Assembly (NCBI GenBank): GCA_964016885.1
Contig: OZ024759.1
Coordinates: 30,628,001 to 30,692,000, forward strand
Direction: 5' to 3'
Source: Eledone cirrhosa
Taxonomy: Eukaryota
DNA length: 64,000 nt
Each line of letters starts with the position of its first letter. The stretch's first letter is position 1. The translations under genes were made by a program, and so were the position numbers. The notes under the pieces were generated by a model. That model saw nothing but the letters and a program-made list of their open reading frames with translations. It was not told the DNA's origin and did no database searches. This document shows positions 55,981-64,000 of the stretch, piece after piece.

Positions 55981-58028
55981 TTGAGGCACCTTAACTTTGA
56001 ATTCGTTACCATATCCCTAGCTTCTCTATTATAATTCCTACATAGTATACACACTCCACAACCTTACACACACTTGAGGCACTGTAGCTTTGAATTCGTT
56101 ACCATAGCCTTTAGCTACCTTAGACTTGAGTTCGTTACCATATCTCTTAGATTTGTCTCTATTATAATTCCTACATAGAAGCCTTACACACACTCCACAC
56201 TCTTACACACACTCCACAGCCTTACACCCACTTGAGGCACCTTACCTTTGAATTCGTTACCATAGCCTGTAGCTACTTTAGCCTTGAGTTCGTTACCATA
56301 TCCCTAGCTTCTCTATTATAATTCCTACATAGTATACACACTCCACAGTCTTACACACACTTGAGCCACCTTAGCTTTGAATTCGTTACCATAGCCTTTA
56401 GCTACCTTAGACTTGAGTTCGTTACCATATCCCTTAGCTTCTGTATTACAATTCCTACATTGAAGCCTTACACACACTCCACAGTCTTACACACACTCAA
56501 CATCCTTACACACACTTGAGGCACCTTAGCCTTGAGTTCGTTACCATATCCCTTCGCCTCTTTTTTTATAATTCGTATATATAAGCCTTTCACACACTCC
56601 ACAACATTACACACACTTGAAGCACCTTAGTTTTCAATTCGTTACCATAGCCTTTAGCTACTTTAGCCTTGAGTTCGTTACCATATCCCTTATCTTCTCT
56701 ATTATAATTCCTACATAGAAGCCTTACACACACTCCACAGTCTTACACAAACTTGAGGCACCTTAGCTTTGAATTCTTACCATAGCCTTTAGCTACTTTA
56801 GCCTTGAGTTCGTTACCATATCCCTTAGCTTCTCTATTATAATTCCTACATAGTAGTCTTAGACACACTTGAGGCACCTTAGCTTTGAATTCGTTACCAT
56901 AGTCCGCAGTCTTACACACACTCCACATCTTTACATACACTTGAGCCACCTTAGCTTTGAATTCGTTACCATAGCATTTAGTTACCTTAGCCTTGAGTTC
57001 GTTACCATGTCCCTTAGCTTCCTTATTATAATTCCTACTTAGAAGCCATACACACTCCACAGTCGTACGCACGTTTGGGGCACCTTAGCTTTGAATTCGT
57101 TACCATAACCTTTAGCTACTTTAGCCTTGACTTCGTTACCATATCACTTAGCTTCTCCATTATAATTCCTACATAGAAGCCTTACACACACTGGAGGCAC
57201 CTTAGCTTTGAATTCGTTACCATAGCCTTTAACTACTTTAGCCTCGAGTTCGTTACCATGTCCCTTAGCTTCTTTATTATAATTCCTATATATAAGCCTT
57301 TCACACACTCCACAACCTTACACACACTTGAGGCACCTTAGCTTTGAATTCGTTACCATAGCCTTTAGCTACTTTAGCCTTGAGTTCGTTACCATAGCCC
57401 TTAGCTTCTCTATTATAATTCCTGCATAGAAGCCTTACACACACACCACACTCTTACACACACTCCACAGCCTTACACACTCGTGGCACCTTAGCTTTGA
57501 ATTCTTTACCATAGTCTTTAGCTACCTTAGACTTGAGTTCTTTACCATATCTCTTAGCTTCTTTATTATAATTCCTACATAGAAGCCTTACACACACACA
57601 ACAACCTTACACACATTTGAGGCACCTTAGCTTTGAATTCGTTACCATAGGCTTTAGTCACTTTAGCCTTGAGTTCGTTACCATATCCCTTAGCTTCTCT
57701 ATTACAATTCCTACATAGAAGCCTTGCACACATCCACAACCTTACACACACACTAGAGTCACCTTAGCTTTGAATTTGTTACCATAGCCTTTAGCTACCT
57801 TAGCCTTGATTTCGTTACCATTTCCCTTATCTACTTTATTATAATTCCTTCATAGAAGCCTTATACACACTCCACAGTCTTATACACACTTGAGGCACCT
57901 AGCTTCGAATTCGTTACCATAGCCTTTAGCTTCCTTAACCCTGAGTTCGTTACCATATACCTCAGCTTCTTCTCTATTATAATTCCGACATAGAAGCCTT
58001 ACACACACTCCACAGCCTTACACACACT
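55981..58028. repeat. Complex satellite, about 115-155-bp unit built on the 19-mer
   Basis: Unit = 1-3 19-mers + TTGAGGCACCTTAGCTTTGAATTCGTTACCATAG + CCTTTAGCTACTTTAGCCTTGAGTTCGTTACCATAT + CCCTTAGCTTCTCTATTATAATTCCTACATAGAAG; about 15 copies. Confidence 0.9.
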
Positions 58029-58280
58029 CGACATCCCACCAACCCTCTCCCACAGGCACAACACTGATCACACCATCTGTTGATCAGAATTGACAGTTTA
58101 ATTGTCTGAGTTCAAAGGTTTTGCAGTTTGGTTAAACCAGAATCTAATGAAGTCTTCGAGTGTTGAAGGTTTTACAAATGGGATATCAAACGGTACTTAA
58201 ATTGATCGGCTATCAATAGTGATCACCATCACCATCATCATCGTCGTCATCATCATCGTCATCATCGTAACCATTATCAC

Positions 58281-58311
<31 letters not shown>

Positions 58312-58368
58312 GTAACCATTATCACCACCCTTCTTGTCACCATCATCATCATCACCACTACCATCATC

Positions 58369-58402
<34 letters not shown>

Positions 58403-58636
58403 CCACCACCACCATCACCATCATCATCACCATCGTCATCATCATCACCATCACCATCATCACCATTGTGTGGTACCAACCTCTATCATCATACAAGGTG
58501 GTCAACATATCTCGTGAACAGAATTTCATCGCAAATCCTTGGCAAGAAAACCCACTTATTTTTTCCTGTGATCTCACACAACATACCTTCCCTCCTTCCC
58601 TCCTCCTCCTCCTTCTTCTTCTTCTTCTTCTTCTTC

Positions 58637-58708
<72 letters not shown>

Positions 58709-58875
58709 TCCTCCTCCTTCTTCTTTTCATCATCATTATCATTCACCTCCCCCTTCCCCCCCCCCCCCCCTCTTCATTCCTCCTCTACTCTAGTACAGTC
58801 TGCCACTGACACTAATCCCTAATCGTTATTTCCTCTTATACCAGAGTACGTAACATCAGGTTAAATGGAACAAAG

Positions 58876-59095
58876 GAGGTGGATTTGCTTAAGAATCGAT
58901 AGAGCGTCGGACAGTATGTCTTGCTGTATAGGGATTCGGCTCTTGGCGATGTGATTTCAAATCCCGCTGAGGTTAACTTTGTCTGTCATTGTTACCGTGT
59001 CAATAAAATAAAGTACCAGTAATATATTGGTGAGGTTTTAATCAAGTTTTCCATTCCCCCAGAAATTGTTGGCCTTGTGCTTAAATCAGAACAAT
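58876..59095 (+). mobile_element. Diverged SINE
   Basis: GGTGGATT head, TTCAAATCCCGCTGAGGTTAACTTTG, AAAATAAAGTACCAG, GGCCTTGTGC. Confidence 0.75.
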
Positions 59096-59119
59096 TTTTA
59101 AAGGTAGAAGAAAAGAAAC

Positions 59120-59610
59120 GAAGGTCTCGCCTTTTTTCATACTATAAAGTTAAGTCTCGCACCATTTCACGCTACCTAGATAAGACTCGCCAAATTTCAC
59201 GCTAGGAAGATAAGTCTTGCACCTTGCTAAGTCTCGCACCATTTCGTACCATCACTCCAAGTCTCGTCACATTCCTTTCTATCAACATAAGTCTCGCCCC
59301 GTTTCACCTTATCAAGCCAAGTCTCGCCACATTCCATGGTATCAAGCCACCTCTCACTCCATTTCACACTATCAAGCTAAGTCTCGCCCGATTCCGTGTC
59401 ATCACTCCAAGTCTTGCCACATTTCATGCCATCAACATAAGTCTCGCCCCATTTCACGCTATCAAGTCAAGTCTCATACCATTTAGTACCATCACTCCAA
59501 GTCTCGCCACATTCCATGCCATGAAACCAAAACTCGCCTGATTTAATGCTACAAAGTCAAGACTCGCCATATTTTATGCTATTAAGTTAAGTCTCAGCCC
59601 ATGTTATCCC
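59120..59610. repeat. Diverged minisatellite, about 30-bp unit
   Basis: AAGTCTCGC recurs every 30 bp (for example 59259, 59289, 59319). Confidence 0.85.
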
Positions 59611-59691
59611 ATCAAGGTTTAAGGGCCTATGGACCATGTACGTATAGATTTAAATATTCATATTTTAACAACTTTCAGACAGTGCTGAACA

Positions 59692-59797
59692 TATAGAGTA
59701 TGTTCCACAAAAATGTATACACACGTTTATTACCTGTAGAGGCAATATTTGTTAGAATGTTGTTGAAGTGTGTATACATTGTCTGGAACACAGTGTA
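59692..59797. mobile_element. Small Tc1/mariner-type MITE
   Basis: TGTTCCACAAAAATGTATACACAC / GTGTGTATACATTGTCTGGAACA inverted ends with TA flanks. Confidence 0.5.
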
Positions 59798-59870
59798 TTT
59801 AATCTGAGGTCAAAACAAGATTCTATCAGTCAGACTATTTTGTTGTGATTGAAAGCAAAGTTATAGATAA

Positions 59871-59943
<73 letters not shown>

Positions 59944-60144
59944 GTTATACTTGGGAGGGTCATATTTGTGTAATATTGCCAGAATTAATAACAGAACACA
60001 CTCACTGTTTGGTTGGTTTTCGCTTTTCGCTTCTGTGTCTTTTATATCGACCAACGGTCAAAAATAATACAGATACAATATAGACACAAACACATATATA
60101 TAGTTTATCAAAGTTCTTTCGTTGCACATCTGCAACATCGTCAG

Positions 60145-60243
60145 TGGTGCTATTGTTTCCTCCCGTTGCATTGTATTTTCTACGCCATCTTTCAGAAAGA
60201 TGGCGTAGAAAATACAATGCAACGGGAGGAAACAATAGCACCA
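60145..60243. repeat. Perfect palindrome with 49-bp arms
   Basis: Axis at A60194; arms end GAAA-CAA-TA-GCACCA. Confidence 0.9.
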
Positions 60244-60361
60244 TATATGACTCCAGTTCCCCAGTGAATTAACAACCCAACAAGGAACTGGGCATATCAG
60301 AGTATTGACAATATCATACACCTAAACAACATATGTACTTGTCTATACCACACTAATTCAA

Positions 60362-60416
60362 ACTGCCTGAAGAGGTCACAGCCAAAGATGGCTGTCACTG
60401 AAATATATATAGCAGT
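60362..60416 (+). ncRNA. Type I hammerhead ribozyme motif, intact
   Basis: ACTGC CTGAAGA GGTcACAGCCA-aaga-TGGCTGTcACT GAAA TATATA TA GCAGT; all core residues canonical and all stems pair. Confidence 0.82.
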
Positions 60417-60562
60417 AATAAACGAAGCTAAATTTTAATCATTTGACTTTTATTTAACTTTATTTTACACTACTCCGGAGTAACCAAACCAACCTGCGCA
60501 CTTCGTCGAGTGCACCAGCCTGCATACTGAGGTGTTGGTATACAACCAACATAAACTCAAAA

Positions 60563-60647
<85 letters not shown>

Positions 60648-60652
60648 TTATA

Positions 60653-60736
<84 letters not shown>

Positions 60737-60760
60737 TATAAATATATATATATATATAAT

Positions 60761-60864
<104 letters not shown>

Positions 60865-60896
60865 CACATATATATATATATATTTACACATATAAA

Positions 60897-60955
<59 letters not shown>

Positions 60956-61287
60956 GTGTTTTATGTTCATGTTTTCTCACTGTCTATTTTATTGTTTGAA
61001 ATCTTCTAAATACACCGTTAACATTTCATTTCATAAAGGTGAAGATGGCGCTCTAGGCAAATCATTACAACGTTAGCATGTAGGATCAAAGTTCTTGATT
61101 TATGTCATTAAAATCTTATCAGCCACCATTTGCACACTGTCTGTTATAAACATGCAGCAACCGATTGATCTTCCGTCGATTTCGAGATGAACATTCGTTT
61201 ATCAAATCAAGTTGAAAACAGAGATGTTGAACTGAAATATATTCTAAATATGATGGCAGTTATCATCACAACTAACATTATACCATT

Positions 61288-61570
61288 AGTACCAGTAATG
61301 CACTGGGTAATTGCTGGCCTTGTGCCTAACGTAGAAACAGTTTATTATCATCTCATTAGAGTAGTGGATTGGCAGTATAGGTAGAGCGCCGGACACCCTG
61401 CTTTGCAGCATAGAGTTATGGCCCTTTACGTTCTGAGTTCCAATCCCGTTGAGGTTAGCTTTGCCTTTCTTCGTTACGAGGTCGATAAAATAAAGTACCA
61501 GTAATGCACTGGGGTCAGTTTAATCGACTTTCTCTTTCAAATTGCTGTCCGTGTGCTAGTAGTAGAGTAA
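61288..61570 (+). mobile_element. SINE tail fragment plus full SINE (61362-61570)
   Basis: TGGATTGGCAGTATAGGTAGAG...GAGTTCCAATC...GTCGATAAAATAAAGTACCAG. Confidence 0.85.
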
Positions 61571-61876
61571 ATTATTATCATCTCCTCCATAACGTAGTTC
61601 TCAGGGAGATTCAGTTTGATAGTGAGTGACAAGCCAGGTTCTTTGAATTACAGTTAGAGGAGTACCTCTAACGGACTTCAAGACAATTTCCGTCCACCAA
61701 ATTTCACTCAAGATCGGTTGACCTAAGGTCATGGTAAAAGGGCAGTAGCTTAAAATGCCACACCATAAGATTGAAACTGGAGTCTAATCGTTGTGAAGCG
61801 AATTTCTTAACCATTTGGCCATATTACATCCGCTATAGAACTAAAGGCTGGTACGTCTGGTATATATATACTTAGA

Positions 61877-62090
61877 AGAGTACTAAATACTTAGGGTAGT
61901 AGAGTGGGAAATAGGAAAAGTATGACCCCCGACGGCAGAGCTCTAGCCGTCGAAACGGCTAGAGTTCTTCCGTCGGGGTCATACTTTTTCATATATATAT
62001 ATCGTTTTTCCTATTTCCCACTCTACTACCCTAAGTATTTAGTACTCTGGTGCGTTATGGTCCATCTGGTTCCTTACCACAATTCCTTCG

Positions 62091-62092
<2 letters not shown>
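61877..62092. mobile_element. Family A fold-back (arms 61877-62048) with axis at GTCGAAAC
   Basis: AGAGTACTAAATACTTAGGG...CCCTAAGTATTTAGTACTCT arms; family tail GGTCCATCTGGTTCCTTACCAC. Confidence 0.85.
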
Positions 62093-62125
<33 letters not shown>

Positions 62126-62212
62126 CATACATATATATATATATATATATATATCTCATATATGATCATACATATATATAAATATTATATATAATCGTAC
62201 TTATATCATAAA

Positions 62213-62293
<81 letters not shown>

Positions 62294-62379
62294 ATAATAA
62301 TAAATTTGAAGACTAAAATCTAAAGAGGGCTCGATAAGGATAAATATATATCAAATATATAAGAACCGTAGAGCAAATA

Positions 62380-62766
62380 CTTATTAAAATAACAGATCAA
62401 AGTTTAAGCAAAGAATCGCTGCTTTCACCCTTAACGGGATCTTCTGAAGCTAACAAAGTTAATCTGTAAATCCGAATCACCTAAGAGAACATTAGTATAC
62501 GACTTCTATTATACCATAAACGTGGTCCTCTCTTTGCGTGGAATTGTTTTTCACCGCTCTTATTAATGACGTATTATATTCGTTTTTTCCCGTTCTTTGC
62601 CAGGAAACGTTTCCACGAACCAAAGTATCGTCTTACTGTCTTCCTCCGGTTGCAACGTTTTTTAAATATCCACTTCTGCATTTACAGATTGACTTTGTTA
62701 GTTTCAGAAGATCCCGTTAAGGGTGAAAGCAGCGATTCTTTGCTTAAACTTTAATCTGTTGTTTTA

Positions 62767-62772
<6 letters not shown>
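62380..62772. mobile_element. Family D element: inverted arms around a roughly 240-bp spacer
   Basis: 62380-62460 is the reverse complement of about 62692-62772; (TA)n nearby on both sides. Confidence 0.85.
62700..62750 (+). ncRNA. Hammerhead-like fold with U4A core variant, family D
   Basis: AGTTT CAGAAGA T-CCC-gttaa-GGG-T GAAA GCA-gcgattctt-TGC TT AAACT; three stems pair. Confidence 0.5.
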
Positions 62773-62852
<80 letters not shown>

Positions 62853-63439
62853 TACATATATAATTTTTCTGTCTAACTAATTAATAAAAAAAAATTCAAA
62901 TCAAAGAAAAAAAAATCTGTAATTTTCTAATTGAAATGCTAACAGACAAAATTAGAGTTCCTGTGAAATTATAGAATCCATATCGCGTTGAAATTGTTTG
63001 ATTTAATTACCACCGAACTAGAATACATCCACATAATTATCGAACGAAGAAACTATTTTAAAAAGAAAAACGTAAAGAAAAAAAAAAAAGGAATTTCTAG
63101 AGAGGAAGTGGAAAAGATTAATAACCACGTAAATACAAAAGTGATATTGAATTTTAATAAATTGAATTCGAGTAATATTCCATTTTCCTTATTGTTTTAC
63201 AAAGACATTAGAGTGCGGTCATGCTGAAGCACTGACTTGTAGGGTTATAGTGGATTGTATAAAGACCTATAGTTGGATTTTGCTAGCCTGATCTGATAAC
63301 TGCCTCCTAAGCGAATCCACTTCGTCCAGCTGTCAATTTATGGAACACAAAGAAAAAATACACAGATGTAAACTCTTTCTCTCTCTCTCACACACATATG
63401 CACACAAACACACACACACACATACACACACACATATAT

Positions 63440-63640
63440 ATAACAAAGAAAGTGTGGTAAGATAACAGGTGGACCATAACGCACCAGAGTACTCGATACT
63501 TGGGGTAATAGGAAAATAATCACGACACCGACGGCTGAGCTTCGGCCGTTTCGACAGCTACATTCAAACAGTTCGGATCTACCTGTCGAAACGGCCGGAG
63601 CTCAGCCGTCGGGATCCTGACTCTGTTACTCTTTTCCTAT
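63440..63640. mobile_element. Family A copy with fold-back (63508-63640)
   Basis: GACGGCTGAGCTTCGGCCGTTTCGACAG...CTGTCGAAACGGCCGGAGCTCAGCCGTC. Confidence 0.85.
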
Positions 63641-64000
63641 ATATATATATATATATATAATCGTATAGTTATCTTCTACACGATTTCGATGCTAACATTG
63701 GTTTCCAAGACGATACATAAAATCATATGTATATATCATATTTAGCCTGGTCAAACATTGAAGGGTTTGATATGATCAAGTTTCCACTTTCCACACATTT
63801 CTGGTCCTTTGACTCATGTAGAAACCATTATATTCCTTAATATTAAAGATATCTTCGGTTCCTGTCGAAAAAGAGAAAAAAAAATACCAGTCAAACATTG
63901 GGTGTTTAAAGTTATCGCCATTCCATATTCCATAAATTGCTGGCCTTATGTTTCAAGTAGAAAATGTTATTATCCTTAATATTAATGTTCCCATGTCACT

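Noticed and set aside
55981-58028. CRISPR-like regular repeats (also 34480-34915 and 59120-59610)
   Set aside because: Intervening sequences are themselves repeated rather than unique spacers; no cas genes; eukaryotic context.

Overview
AT-rich, microsatellite-saturated animal genomic DNA. The SINE and repeat landscape suggests an octopus-like coleoid cephalopod (inference). Almost all ORFs in the track are translated simple repeats. One host gene is visible: the first four coding exons of an ERGIC1 (ERGIC-32) homologue on the + strand (42547-53768), with a +1 frameshift in exon 2 and the remaining exons not found in the window. The rest is transposon debris: about 20 copies of a tRNA-derived SINE, 3' remnants of RTE and R4/Dong LINEs, Penelope-like element (PLE) remnants, MITEs and several minisatellites. 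The most striking signal is about 10 type-I hammerhead ribozyme (HHR) motifs plus about 19 short fold-back palindromes, mostly embedded in (TA)n. Many palindromes are two inverted copies of the 3' half of a hammerhead (GAAA-stem III-UH-stem I) with the symmetry axis in the would-be stem II or core, suggesting ribozyme-guided snap-back during PLE retrotransposition. All folds were done by eye and repeat boundaries are approximate.
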